Counted from the stretch's first letter, positions 26,452 to 40,420 are shown. The stretch is 64,000 nt of DNA from Epiperipatus broadwayi (GCA_028023455.1 JAQFVV010000005.1:5704001-5768000); one strand, 5' to 3'. The notes: generated from the sequence alone by a model not told the origin. Made by a program: numbers and translations.

Positions 26452-28442
26452 TTAATGAACCTATTTCGGGAATTCTATGTTCCCATATTCATAGCTCTTT
26501 TCACTAATAGTTAGTAGATATCACAGTAATGTATGCAAATCTATGTAAAAATATGTAGACAGTCCACTTTTTAGAGATTATAAAGCAGGCATCTCTTCTA
26601 TTGATCACTTTAGGGTCTTCTGTGATGAAACAAGCCTCTTTCACTTTGAGCTTCACGTTGTTGCACTCAGTGCAAATTATCTCAGCTGACATCGACCAGA
26701 AGGTGTGAACAGTGACTCTTTCATGCTCTACAAATATTGAGTTGTTTTTGGTCTTAGTTCACATTCTATTATATATGTATTGATGCTGTGATACCTTAGT
26801 GGTGACATTTTCTTTGGTTTCTCCATTAGTACATTGCTTGGCAATCTCCTTGGGGGCAAGTGATCTTGTACCTTGGGGATGAGCTCTGGTGTGATTTTGT
26901 CTTTTGTATAGTTTACTAGTCTATTATTTGTAGGAGGCAAGTGAAAGCTTACTTCAAAGTCATTTAAAAGTGTTTTGACTAAATGTTTAGCTATAGAGGG
27001 TATGTATGGTAGCAAAATCCAAGTTTTATTTTCTATAACTGGGTTAAATCTAAGCTTGTGGTAAAATTGTTTGACTTTTATATCGATAAGTCCATGTTTG
27101 TATCACACAGTCTCCAAGTCTGCCATGTATCACATCAAATTATCTTTCTTGTCAGCCTTGAATTTACATAACTGGTGGTTTCTAAAAAGAAATAAAGACA
27201 AAGTGCATTTGAACTGGGATGGGTGTGCCCTCTTAGTTCCAATGGTTTGATTATCATTCTATAGTCAAGATGTGGATGATTCCTTTGAATTTTGATGTCA
27301 AGGTATTTGACCTCGCACCTCTCATCTTCCCATGTAACATTTATTATTAATTTTGAAATGATGTGAAGGTCATTGTGAATGTTGTCAATTATGTTTTCTG
27401 GAGCCAACAAAATTATGTCATTTTTGTATTGAGTGTAGATCATATTAGGTATGTTATTATAGTATTTGGGATAATTTGTTTTTCATAATGGTTGAGCATG
27501 ATATTAGAAATAATCCCACTCATGGGGAGATCCATGGGCCAATCATTGCCTCAAATACTGCAATGATGTTCTCATCAAGCCATGTAAGGAAGTCGATGAA
27601 GTGTAGGTGAGCAGTCCTTATTTCTTAATTCATTGCAGATAATATCGATGGATGCTTTTCTATCAATAGAGCCATAAAGCTCAGCAAGGTTGAGAACAGC
27701 AACTTTAAAATGTGGTTCAATGAATGCTTTCTTGATTTTGTCAACAAATTCAAATGATGAATTAATTATGTACTTTCCAAAGCCTAAGGCATCAATTAGC
27801 CATTGGTTGACTAAAATCACTGTATTAAAATAGTGCACTCTCCCAAAGTCCAACATAAGCCTCAGGGTGCACCAGGCTTGTGTAATTTTACATTCACGAA
27901 CATCCTAGGGAGTGCTGAGGAGGAGGGATAAATACTGTAATATTCTGCTTTGGCTATAGTTTTATCATGATTAGCATACAAAATTGTAAAAATAAACGTG
28001 TCTCGGTTAAATTTGTTGTTAAAATCCTCAATGTTTTCAAACATCAGTTTTTCAATCTGGGCATAGATTTTATCTTTGTATTCCTTTCTATTTATCAACA
28101 CAAATTTATTGTCCTTGTCTTCCTTGATGTATTTGACCTCATCAACAAAAAATTGCTTAGTGTTTTTAATCTTCCTACTGCAGTCTGGAACTCTAGATTG
28201 TAGTTGTTTATTTCTAATTCTTTTGGAAATGCATGCGATGATCCTCTCTTTTTTGTAGGTTGTTGATTAAACCAGCCTCTGCAACAACTATTGCCTCCAT
28301 CTTTAGATGTCTCCACTGTCCTCCAATGAATCTAGGGTCCAACTCCAGAACAGTGCTGACTTCAAGTGGCATATTTATTTCAGTACGATTAATGTATGCA
28401 CATTTATTAGTACCTTTGAATTTAATATATTGCTTGTTAGCT
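26452..28442 (-). mobile_element. Penelope-like element, nearly complete RT plus GIY-YIG, decayed; variant HHR at ~26452-26496
   Basis: VLELDPRF N-terminal motif; PMDLPMSGIISNI (RT4); YTQYKNDI (RT5); KVKEACFITEDPKVINRRD; ATGAATA T GGGAA..TTCCC GAAA. Confidence 0.88.
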
Positions 28443-28456
28443 AAAAACATTATTTT

Positions 28457-28556
28457 CTTTTCATGTGTCAAAGCATCGTCCGGGAAGCGAACCCGCAAAC
28501 GCGGGATAACTGCTTGTAAGGTAGCAGTGCTGACCACTCGACCACCAACGCTTGAC
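28457..28556 (-). mobile_element. tRNA-derived SINE (subfamily 1) with 14-bp TSD
   Basis: GCGTTGGTGGTCGAGTGG...GGGTTCGCTTCCCGGACGATGC; TSD AAAAACATTATTTT (28443-28456) / AAAAACTTTATTTT (28558-28571). Confidence 0.82.
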
Positions 28557-29916
28557 AAAAAACTTTATTTTGTAATCAAATTTGCTCTAAATGGGCGATA
28601 TGATCAGAAAATACATAGATTAATTGTTGTAACAAGAGTTGCAGTGACAAAATCATCTATAATATGGATAGACCAAAATAATTCAAGAGTCTCAAAATTC
28701 AAATTTATTAATTATCATATTTTTCAAATTGCCATTTATGTTACTGAAGCATGCACATTCAAAGAAAAAGTCAGAAAAAAGTGGATGTTTTTGGGATGTG
28801 ATGCTTTCAGAGAAGGGCATTTTGAACACAAGTTAGGAAGCCTAACATCATAGAAAACTTTTTTATTGAAGGAAAAAAGAAAAGCCATTAAACCTGTGAT
28901 CACTTTTCAACTTAAAAGATAAATCAGATTAGTAATTCCTTGAGGTGTTAATTATGACTCAAAAATAATTGAGAATAATGGAATAAGAAGCTACATCGCG
29001 TCGCTAACGCATTATTTACTCTCTTTCATGATCGAAAAGGGGATAGAAAGTAATTTCGAGTTGCTACCGAGAATGTTTAGGTGTTTTTATTACTGATCCT
29101 AGTACTTTCCCCTCAAAATTAATTGAATGTGTTTCTCAATATATCACATATATGCATAATATATATATATGCGTAGGTGGCAAATGCCAAATTTTGTGTT
29201 GAAGTCAGTCAGATTTACTGGCTCATTTAGAGTCAGCTAGACAAGTAATGAAATAAATACTTTTTTTTTTTTACAAAGTAAAGCTTTCGTTTTCCCTAAA
29301 TGTGTCCCAATATGTATATAAATTATTTATCTATTCAGGAACTAAGTTAATTTTTTAAAAATATTACCCAATTACATCGAGGTTTAATTTTCTGCCATTG
29401 CTTAAGGCTAGTAATCAGTTCATTTTTTTAAGGCGACATTCATTAAATCAGAGAAGGAAAGGAAAAAATCTGTCATTAATTACGAACTTTATAAGTAGAT
29501 GTAACTCAATCTCTTCCTTTAAATTTAAGGAATGTAATAATTATTTTTTTAAAAAAAAATTACAAGATTCTTATAAATATTATTTTTTCCCCAATTAAAG
29601 AAAACAAATTTTTCTTTATTATTTAAAAACAAAATACATAAATAATTATTTTACAACCGTCTTTAACGCATGACACCTCTATGACGTTATGAGATTGATT
29701 CACCTAAATTCACTCCACGGATGGCTTCAAATCTTTACTTACAAAATTCATTGAAGCAAATCCAAAAAATTATTATTATAGAATATCATAATTAAAACTT
29801 CCTTCGCATATGAAAAAAATAATGTCTGTGCGAGATTAAACCTAAATCTGATTAAGGAAAATTTCAATAAAAAGTGAAAGTTCAATTTAAAAGAGATCTT
29901 CTGCCGAGTGCAAAAG

Positions 29917-29922
29917 AAAAAA
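29917..29922 (-). terminator. Pol III oligo-T terminator of tRNA-Ile
   Basis: T run about 9 nt downstream of the tRNA 3' end on the minus strand. Confidence 0.7.
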
Positions 29923-29930
29923 TGGAAACT

Positions 29931-30004
29931 TGGCCAGTACGAGGATCGAACTCGCGACCTTGGCGTTATTAGCACCACGCTCTAACCAACTGAGCTAACC
30001 GGCC
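29931..30004 (-). tRNA. tRNA-Ile (anticodon AAT)
   Basis: GGCCGGTTAGCTCAGTTGGTTAGAGCGTGGTGCTAATAACGCCAAGGTCGCGAGTTCGATCCTCGTACTGGCCA; full cloverleaf, 74 nt, intact A and B boxes. Confidence 0.97.
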
Positions 30005-31539
30005 AGTCACGAACCAGGGTGTCTTTAATGTTGTACATATATACAAATACGACGATTTTAATGTTGTATACAGAATTTGTAAAAATAATTCTAAATATAT
30101 CAGAAATTATGTTATCTGTGTATGATTATATATGTATATACAATGGTCAAATATCCAATATAATTATTTGTCCACAATGTTGTTATTGATATATACTTAA
30201 TATTATATTAAGATTATATATGTATACAAATATCGTACTACAATATACATTACATACTACATTTGTGTTTGTATTAGTGTTATCTTGATATACTCAACTA
30301 CAGATATCGTAAACATTCCCCCACCCCCCATACTTATCAATAAGCCACAATTAGGGTTGGTTCTAAAGGTGAGGTACCTGTCTCAGGTACCAAACTGAAA
30401 CAGGCATTAAATATGATATATTGAATGTATATATATTTTTCCTGTTACATTCATTGTTTTGTTCAATAGACTATTTTAAATAAGCTTTACAATAATTCTA
30501 AAATGCACATTTTTAAAGGTTTGCTTCAGATGCTTAAACTGATTGGACAGACCTTGGCCACAATAATTATAAAACTGATTCTTAGAGATGAGCTGGGACT
30601 GTGGGAAAATGTATTCTTACCTATAAAACTATGCAGTATTGTAGTACAAATTTTTGTTTGATTGTCAGTAAACAACATTCAACTGGACAATCTACTACCC
30701 AGAAATTTTTATATTCAAACTAAGAATAGCTAGATACCCATTGCAAAAATCCTTAAACTTTAATCTTTTAAACTAAAAATTTAGCTTTGGATTAGTTAAA
30801 CGAACAAGTTCTGACTTGGTAAGTCATCAGTCATTAGTATGGGCAAAACCCCATCAAGATTATTCTAAGGCAAGACAAGAATCATTATATTATCACTTGC
30901 AGTAAAATATTGCACTGTATCAGAGGTAAAATATTGCCCATGATCAAGATATCAACTTATGATTAATATAAATTGAGGGTTATTGACGATTGTTTTTAGA
31001 TTTCTACTTTTAAAAGTTAAGCATGTCATTAATACCTATAAAAATAATATATACATGCTTAAAAATAGTAAAAAATTGCATCATATTCCAATCATGTTTT
31101 TGTTTTATCGTCAGTACATAGATATGGAGCAGCACAAAGGAGTTTGCTGTAACTGAAAAAAGACAACTTTGATTATTCTATGAGACCTTAAGAAAACCAA
31201 GCAAGGCAAATTCCTAATGTTCACTGCATATATTCTTGGTCAGTGTGGTTATTTATTATTATATGATTATTCATGTAGTATATTATCATGGATGATGCAT
31301 TAACTAGCGTGGTAAGTTTACTGAATTTTTACCTCTGCATTTAAAATCAAAAAACACCATGGTTTTTTTTCTCAGTTGACTGATAGTTTTTAATTAAAAT
31401 ATATGCTAGGTTTTGTTGAAGGCAGAATGAATGTGTGTGTGAATGAACCAATTTTAAAAATAGATATTTACAATCATGAGAGATATATAACTATGGTCCT
31501 TTTCTCATGAAGCTGTAAAGTTATTAGTCAATGCACTAG

Positions 31540-34230
31540 TTGAAGGCTGAAGGTGGAGGGAACTAAGAATACCTTGATTTCAGACCCAGGTTGCTATTCA
31601 ATGACAACTTGAGATAACTTTCAAGTGAAGGAAGATTGTATAATTGGAAGAAAATCTGTTTAATATTAAATGAGACATTGTTGAACTTGGTGAAGTTTAA
31701 AAAAAAGGTGAAAAGGCAATTGATTTAAAAAATAGGCATGTACTTTACTATAAATGCATAAGTGAAGTGAGATTTATTATACATAAAAAGTGGAATAACA
31801 CCACTGTGGCAATTGATTATGAATGGCAAGATTAGCTATTCAACTTAATGGAGATAGCAAATGCAAATAATTCAGGTTTATGTGTCAAAGTTTTATTGTG
31901 ATGAAGAAGTAGAGGATTTTTTAATTCATATTCAAAAGGTTTTTGATCAAATAAAACCTTTAAAAATTGTCACAAAACTTTAAAGCTAGAGTAAATAAAT
32001 GATTCAAAGAGAGATCACAGACATATGGAGTTTGTAGAAAAGAAAAATTATATATTATGAATACTTTCTTTGAGAAAAAAGTTAAATAGAAATGGATATG
32101 AATACATCCATATAAAGGTACAGCAGAATTGAATTATATTTTGATTACAGAAAATATGTATTTCAAGATTATAATGTTTTTACATATTCAACATAAGAAG
32201 TTATCATTGATTAGTGAGAGATATGTGTTAATGCAAAACTAGCAAAACAAAAATAATTAAAAAACAACAGTATTCATAATTGATATTTTTAATCTTTAGA
32301 AACATTCCAACAAATTAAAAATTAGAACTCATATATTGTTTTAACATATAAACAGATTTTGAAAATGGTTCCAATTTGAATGAAATCTATAGGAAGATAA
32401 CTGTTACATTGCTAAAAATTACAATGAAAATAGCTGGAACTAGAAAGCACCAGTTTACCAGTAAATTTTCTCTGAGACAAAACAAAAGTATGAATATAAA
32501 AATATATAAAAATTATCTGTTAAAAAGAATTGAATATCTAGAGTTTTGTGGTATGGTAAATTAGAAAGGAAAGCTATAGAAAAGAATAAAAGTTTCAAAT
32601 GCTTAAGACAATTTGTTATTGGTAAAAAGAAAAAATGGATCTATTACTAAGAGATGAAATCATGGAATGTGTGAAAGAATTATATAGTAATAAAGAACAA
32701 GAAAAGAAATATCTTCTGCAATTACTACATCTAAATTATCCAGCATTTTAAATGAAGAAATGAGACATGTATTTAAGTATATTTAAAATGGAAAAATAAT
32801 AATTATAATCAATATCATAAAAGAAACAGATGAAGAAATGGAAAAACTGTTGGCAGGATTATGTATCACATGTCTAAATGATGAAGATATATCACATGGT
32901 TGAAGAAATATAATAGTAAGGCTGATATTTAAAAAATGTGATAAAAAAGATATTGGAATTTACAGATCTATCAATCTTTTATCAGTTCTGTACAAAAAAT
33001 TTTTCCAAGATTATTACAACTTAGAGCAAGTTGGATTTCAAATTCATTTTAGTACAGAGGATCATATACAAATATTGAGAAAATTTATAGACAGGACCAA
33101 TGAATATGAGTCATCACTAGGAAATTTGATTGAATAAGCATTTCTACAGTAATTAAAGCAATGGATTATGAAGATAAAGTTACAAAACATTGTTATATTT
33201 TAAAGAATATTTATCAAAATGCAACAGCAATGACTAGAATTACATAGTAATACTTAGATTAACATTGAAAAGAATGTATACAGAATGACTCCATACTTCT
33301 AAACTTTTTACAACAGTTTTATAAGAAGTTTTATTTGAACATCTAGATACACTTCAAAATAGTTAGTAAAGTTTAATAAAAAAATAAATATAGATAATGA
33401 TGAATTAAAAAAGGTTAATAACTACAAGTATCTTGATTAGATTATTAACAGAAGTGAAAATACAATGGAAAAAATTAATCAGTGTCAGTTGTGTAGATTA
33501 TATGATGAGACAATACTCCATATTTTCTATATTTGTCCTCCTCTTGAGTCTACATGATGATACTTGGGTGAAAGTTTTATTTTCCTCTTAATCTTATTAA
33601 AATACCCTTTTCTCTGCATTGACTTTTTCAAGTTTCATTCTGAATGCTATGTAATTTTTTATAAAGTTTAACTGTATATTACTATGTTTAATAAATTTAT
33701 TTTAAAACACAAAAATTAATCATAGAATTAAACTTGGATGAAATGTTTTGGTAGAGATAACTTAATATTAAAAGAAAATATGTCTATGTTTTTGAAAGAA
33801 AAGTAGTCAATAAATGTTTTTTACTAGTTCTTATTTATGAATCTTAGACTTGTCCACTTAACAGACAGCAATATAGAGACTACTAAATGTAGTATGGAGA
33901 GTTGTACATTAGGATTAACAAGAAAGGATTGAAAATGAAATACATAGATGAGAGAATAAACAGATATTAATGATGTCATTGATGATATCATTGAAAGAAT
34001 TAAAAGACTCAAGTGGAACTGCACTGGACATACTTCTAGAAAAGATGATAACAGAAACTGTATCCCAATAGATTATAAAAGACTTAGAAATAGACCATAT
34101 GTGAGACTGATGCATGAAATAAAGAAGCTTGTTAGTATGATATGGATAAAGAGGCTACAGATCAGAGAAATTGGATTAAACTTGAAAAGACCTTCATCCT
34201 CCAAGGGATCAATAATGTTTGAAATGACAT
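31540..34230 (+). mobile_element. Near full-length decayed RTE LINE (same type as 54465-57290)
   Basis: APE, RT and C-terminal remnants colinear with the 54.5-57.3 kb copy (e.g. INHRIKLGWNVFGRDNLILK). Confidence 0.8.
33482..33710 (+). mobile_element. 5'-truncated L1/Tx1-like 3' end nested in the RTE
   Basis: CQLCRLYDETILHIFYIC (CX2CX8HX4C knuckle); 12-bp TSD AAAAATTAATCA (33470-33481, 33711-33722). Confidence 0.75.
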
Positions 34231-34894
34231 AGATATCCATCTGATATTAAATTAGTATTTTAAAATCTTTCACTAAAAAAAATTGTATATCTATCAATCA
34301 ATAATTAAGTAGCTAGTTGGATGCTGTGTTTTTCAAAATTTTCACGATTTCTACTAAATTAGAATTCTAATCATAGAGATAGTAAGTAGATGTATTAATC
34401 ACAATACTATAGAGATTTTCTATTTAAATAGAGTATTAGTTTGTCTGGAAATAAATCAATTCAGATTTATCAAAGTTTAGGAATAGGTATAAAATCTCAT
34501 GGGAATTAGATTTCAAGTTTCATAAATAGCTTGCAATCAATGATGTTGCAATAGTGTGTGATTCCATATCTGAAAAGTTAATCTAAAATTAAGTGATTCA
34601 ATAAAAAATAAAATTGATCCCATATTAATCTGGATTAATAAAGTATCTATTATTACCAAATTTGACTATAAATTAAACTCTATGCAGTTTAAAGCTAAGA
34701 AAAATTGAGAACCTCAAAGGTTAATGTTCCTGGATCAAATCTAGATGAGTAAAATTTAAAAAATGTTAGATCAATAGCATGAAACTGTTGCACTCAAGTA
34801 TTTGAATATAATATAACACCTTCAGCAACTAACCATCCATTTATTATTTATTTATTCTAAGTTAAGGTTAATAATTGCATCTGCAGAACTGGGA

Positions 34895-35030
34895 TGAGTC
34901 ATCATCACCAACCATTATCAATCCACTGCAGGATGGTCTCTCCAAGTTCAATCCATCTTCTCTGATCTTTAGCTTCTCTTCTTTACATTACCCTGCACAC
35001 TTTCTTACTTCATCCATTCATCTCATATGT
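34895..35030 (-). mobile_element. RTE 3'-end fragment
   Basis: Matches the 54495-54620 RTE 3' end; (GAT/GGT)n tail. Confidence 0.65.
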
Positions 35031-35639
35031 ATCTAAACAAAACTAAATACAGTGGTAAAATGTTAAAAGTTTTTCATTACTTTAACTACTCTTATATCCA
35101 AGTAACTAAGCAATCTTTGTGAATCAATAGTTGTGCTGCATGGTTTAGTGCAATGGTAGTATCAGACTCTTTGAGTGGAAGATTATTGGATTGAATTCAG
35201 TTCTGGCACTTCCAACAATCCAACTTTTTATAAACTCCCAAGCAGTATATACATTCAATTTTTTTAAATAGACAGTTAAATGTCTGTTTTTATCCCCAAT
35301 AAATTATGTCATTTAGACATTTGGTAGTGAATTATTTTACTTAAAATCATTTGTGAATTACTGATCACTTTTTTGCATATAACATTGGTAATTGTATTAA
35401 TATTATTAGGAGCTCAACATCCTTTAGTTTAAAATTATGTACTACTATTATTATGACTGTCATAATAAGAACAACACTACCTTGTACTTTTGCCATTCTT
35501 CATACATATTAGTTGTAATTAAAAAAAGGTAACAAAACAAATAAAAGAAAACAATATAGTCCTTATAAAAAATGGAAAATGAAAGGTAAAACTCAATATA
35601 TTTTTAACATAATATAAATCAATAGTTAATTAAAGAGGG

Positions 35640-35830
35640 TTTGAACTCAGACTTTCAAGCTTTCTTCAGCTATCCATTCCATCTTATATAACCGATACAC
35701 ATGACAACACATGTGAAAAAAATAAATAATTTCCAATATATGTATTTCATGCTGAACCAGCACTCATCAGTTGATCCAGATCATCAGCTCCCACACATGT
35801 GTACAATCAATGCTTGGTTTATATTAAGAC
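35640..35830 (-). mobile_element. Family C HHR-element (HHR 35733-35774)
   Basis: Minus: TCAA CTGATGA GTGCT-GGTTC-AGCAT GAAA TACATA TA TTGG; homologous to 7390-7570. Confidence 0.8.
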
Positions 35831-36070
35831 AGCAAATCTTCAAATTTTAATGGACAGACTTCAATCTTCTCCATCCTCCAACTCTTCAGCCATCCATACC
35901 ATTGAAAATCTCATTTATTATAAATAAATAGATAAAATATTTACAACCAGTTATTATACCTTAGGTTTTCAAAATACATATTTACTGCCTCTGATTTTAA
36001 TAATACATTAGTTATTTTTAAATGTTTTATCTACAGATTTGTGATGATAACACTTTTCTTCAACTAATAA

Positions 36071-36152
36071 ATTGGCCGGGAAGCAAACCCGCTAACCCGG
36101 GACAACTGCTTGTAAGGCAGTCGCGCTGACCTCTCAACCACCAATACTTGAC
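36071..36152 (-). mobile_element. tRNA-derived SINE (subfamily 1)
   Basis: ...GACTGC CTTACAA GCAGT TGTCCCGGGTTAGCGGGTTTGCTTCCCGGCCAAT; homologous to 28473-28556. Confidence 0.78.
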
Positions 36153-36229
36153 TAATTAAATTGTTGAATAACATTATTTACATTTTCCCAAGTATATTGA
36201 ATTGTTTAAAATAACACAAAAGTTAGTAT

Positions 36230-37330
36230 AGAGTACAATACACAAGCACTTATTCTATTATCTTATTCAAAATTTGGTAGTCTAATTAGTGATAGTATTA
36301 ATATGGGTATTGAATCAATGACTATTAGAATTACAAATATTAAATTTAAGATAATGTTCCAATCAGGTTATTCCATTTAATTATTATTTTTGGCAAAATA
36401 GTCAATAGCTAGAGCATCATCTTAAATTCAGTGGACAGGATCTACAAGCAACTGGTTCAATATTCATACTAGTACTATTATTGCATAAACTAACAACTCT
36501 AGAAGAATAGAAGAGATTAATACCATTCAAAACATTGTATTATATGCTAATATGTGTATTAACAGTTGAATGAATTTGGAAAAATATAAATAAAGCTTGA
36601 ATTTCTTTAAAAATATTTAACAGCTCAACTAGATGTTGGAACTAGTTCAACATATAATTACAAATTCTTCAATGTTTGTTTAAATATTATTTTTGACAAT
36701 AAGAAAAAGCCTTAAGGTATAGTGATTAATGAATCTATCTGTTTGGATTATGACCAAGATTTCAAGTTTGACCTAAATGGTACACGTTATTTGTTTTAGA
36801 TCAGAACACTTATATTTAACCCAATTAGCCATTAATTGATACATCAATAAATATCTGTTATTAATTAGAGGATAAATATCTAGATTGGTATTTCATTGTT
36901 ACACTAACTGTAACGACAAAATATAATTATGCAATAATATAACACAATTAATGGAATAAATATCATAGTCCTATAAGTTCTGAATCCATGAATTACCATT
37001 GCTAAGTTACTAATAATAAATAATACATCTAGAGCTTTACAACTAATCACAATAGCAAAATTGAATCCTAATTGAAATAAAATGCTAAGACTAATCAATA
37101 ACAATATGAGATCTTCTAAAGTAAGAAGTACAACAAGTGCCATTGCTTTATTAATGATGACTACAACATTAAAACTCATAATAGTGGTAGTGCTTTCAAT
37201 ATATAATTTGATGTGATTAGTCATATCTATCCACTGAAAATATTTTATGAATATATAACAGAGACCAGAGTCGGACATTATGGTATTCCAGGAGAGGTCA
37301 CAAGACATTTTAAAAGTTCTTATTATTCTG
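36230..37330 (+). mobile_element. Very old CR1-like LINE remnant
   Basis: RVGHYGIPGEV (cf. KL..YGI.G); similar to ~39880-40420. Confidence 0.4.
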
Positions 37331-39049
37331 TAGCAAGTTGCAAAATATTGTATGACAATTTAACTGTAGATCTACTGTACTTAATCTATTAAGTATTTAA
37401 TGTATTTGAAATTTGGAGATTATAAGTTCAAAAACTGGGAAAAATTGAAAATCATATTAAAATCATGAAACATTCTGGTATTTAGTCAATGAAAATCTTT
37501 ATTTACAAAATGCAACTAAATATGAATTCTTACAATATTTCAGCATATTATTGTGACTCTTTATATAAACACTTTTGTTTAACTTAAGACTTCTGTTTAT
37601 TTGAGTTAAATCATATAGACCAATTTTTAAACTACTTCTACTAAATACATTTTCTTCAAATTTTATACATGTGTTTGGTTCCAATGACAAATGTAACATA
37701 AATGTAATATTTCAGAATTACCAGTGCTGGTAGGCCACATTTTAAACTGTATTCAAATCAGTTCAGTAAGATTAGAGTCATGTGCTGTAAATGTCATGAT
37801 ATTTTTAAGTAAACTCTTTCATTGAGTTTGAGAAAGCAATTTAACTCTTAAATTGAGTTTGAGAATTTTTTTTTGGGAATATTAATAGTTAATTAAAATA
37901 GGGGGAAAAAGAAATGTAGGAAAAAATATAAGCAATTTTTAAACTACTTCTATGAATGGACATTTTTAGGATTTGCTTTTTTTTTTTTTACGTTTTAATA
38001 GGAATAGTTTTCTTGCTTATGTGAAAAAATGAATTTGAAAAAATAATTTTGAAAAGTTGAAGTGATGCAATGTAACAATGCAGTATTTCAGGATAGCAGC
38101 TGTGACTGCATTTCAAATCATACTGAAATCAGTTTGATAAGTCCTGAACGATGTGCAATAGATGCCATTATATTTTTAAAAACTACTTTTATTTAATTTG
38201 ATGATTATTGTGCTAAAAAATGTTTATGTTTAATTAAAATAGAAAGAAAAAGAAATGAAAGATTAAATCTTAGTTTCCCTTGATTGTTGACCTAAAATTT
38301 ATTTTTTTATTTAACTGCTGCCTTAATAAAAATCTTAAGATGTATTGCTTACTTTCTTAGACTTTAAAATTAAATATGAATAGCTTTCTCGTTTATGATA
38401 AAAATGATTTCAAAAAATTGAAATGAACTAGGGATAGACTTAAGTACTAAAAAAATTAAAAATAATATATATGAAAAATATTTTCTCAAAAATGTTTTTA
38501 TTTAATTTGCTGAGTAATGCGTTAAAAAATAAAAGGTTTTTTTTTCCTGCTTTTTTTTACTGAATCATGGTTTTGGTTGATTGAATTAATTAATTTACAG
38601 GTGACCCACAGTAACAATCAGAATTGTGGTTCAAGAAAAAAAAATTTTTTTTTTTTAGTTCCTATTCATCAGATTAATTAAAAGTCTTTATATATTATTT
38701 TAAAATAAAAAATACTTAAAATTTAATTATTCAAGATCATTTATTAATTCTTATTTAGACTAATGCTTAAAAATTGAAATTTCTAATAACTAATTATAAA
38801 TATTTCAAGTGCTTAAGTTATGTAAATAAAATTTTGAATTAATAAATTGACTTAAAATGGCTGTTTATTAGGGTGTTACCTTAAAATTCAACATTCAAGA
38901 ATTTAAGAATCCCAGTTTGATTCCCATGCTAGTACTGTCACTGGTTAGGCCAGCAACATCCGAAGAAGAGGGAAGAATAATATCTCTTAAAACATTGCCA
39001 TATATTACCCTGTGTGCTATTACTAATAGTTGAATGTATTTGGAATATT

Positions 39050-40420
39050 TAAATAAAGTTAAATTTTTCTAAAGACATTCAATACTCGTATTAGATGATA
39101 GAAATAGTCCAACATATAAATACAACTAAAACATTATCACGAACCTTTGGGAAAACACCATGTATTAAATATATCTTAAGCTCACAATCCCTCTACATTG
39201 AAAAATTAAAATACATTTTATCATAAATCTGCCATAGGGATACTTTATAAAGACCTGACAAAAATCCTTATATAGGCTCCTTAGTGTACCTTTCAGAATA
39301 AATTGCATTATGTTATATGTGGCCACAACAAAGCCAAATCAATAATATCACATCCAGACTAGGGTTTTTTAAATACATCAATGTGAAATAAATTATACAG
39401 TTTTGTGAAATAAGCAGTCTGAATTAAAACGTAATTCTGAATAACGTTATGAGATAGTTGAATCAACATTAAACACAAGTCACTGAGAGTGCTTTCAGTA
39501 TAACAGTGCCATTGATCTCTTATACAAACACTTGAATAATCTCAACCTAGTGATAATATTTTCATATTTTACTGTATAGTGATTAGCAACTTTAGATCCA
39601 ATTGATTGCAATGAAACCATTTGTTTATACAAGTATTCATAATTATTGATAGTAGGAGAAAAAAAATTTTTTTAAAATATTTAATAATTTAGCTAAATGA
39701 GAAAAATGGTCTAGCATGTAACAAATGTTTATTTAAGTACTATTATTAACAATAAGAAAGATCCTTAAAATGTAGTGGATAATAGATTCATCTGCTAGAT
39801 CAATGACTAGATGATATTCAAGTCCAAACAAGATAAACCTTAATTTTTTTTTCAAATCAGAAGATTGAGAATTTTGTTTTCAAATAACAAGTTTATAATC
39901 AAATCAAATAATCAAACAACTAAAAAGTAAAGAGCTGACTTGGTAAGATGAATGTATATATGTTTACTGTAAGAACAAAAATTAATTGCATGATATAACA
40001 TTTATCATTAAGAAGTATCATATTATTATAAGTTCTGAATTCATGAACCACCATTGTTTTGTTACTACTAATAAAAATAACAAGTGCAGAGATTTAGAGA
40101 ACTAATCACAATAACAAGATTATTTCCTAAGCAAAATAAAACAAAATGTTCAGCCAATCAAAAAGTATTGCATCAGCTATCCTAGAGTAAATAGTGTAAC
40201 AGGTGATATTAATTTTGTAATGATTATTACAAGTCAAATCCAATAACAATAAAGCCCAACATTGCATAATTCTAGATAGGATTATTTCAAACTTATCCAC
40301 TAGGAATATTGGAGCATACTTGATAGAGCCATATATTAGAAATGTGATTCTCATAAGTACCAGGGTAACAGGAAAGCATTCAAAAGTATTTGTTGATAAT
40401 TATTGTGTAGCAGTTTGCAT
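39050..40420 (+). mobile_element. Very old CR1-like LINE remnants
   Basis: 39160-39640 resembles 43060-43530; 40080-40400 resembles 37020-37310. Confidence 0.4.

Larger units (their letters stand above)
25100..29000 (+). mobile_element. BovB-like RTE LINE, decayed, interrupted by a PLE and a SINE
   Basis: KKDKPTECNSYKLIVLIAYTSKIIF (cf. BovB KECSNYRTIALISHASK) on the left; IFQIAIYVTEACTFK..RKK on the right of the insertions. Confidence 0.7.

Noticed and set aside
28214-28558. tRNA-like head fused in frame to the PLE ORF (apparent Pol III-driven PLE)
   Set aside because: The SINE has its own 14-bp TSD and occurs elsewhere without a PLE, so it is an independent insertion.
28260-28853. 197-aa + strand ORF
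   Set aside because: It runs across antisense PLE, antisense SINE and then RTE sequence; only the last part is a real (decayed) RTE frame.
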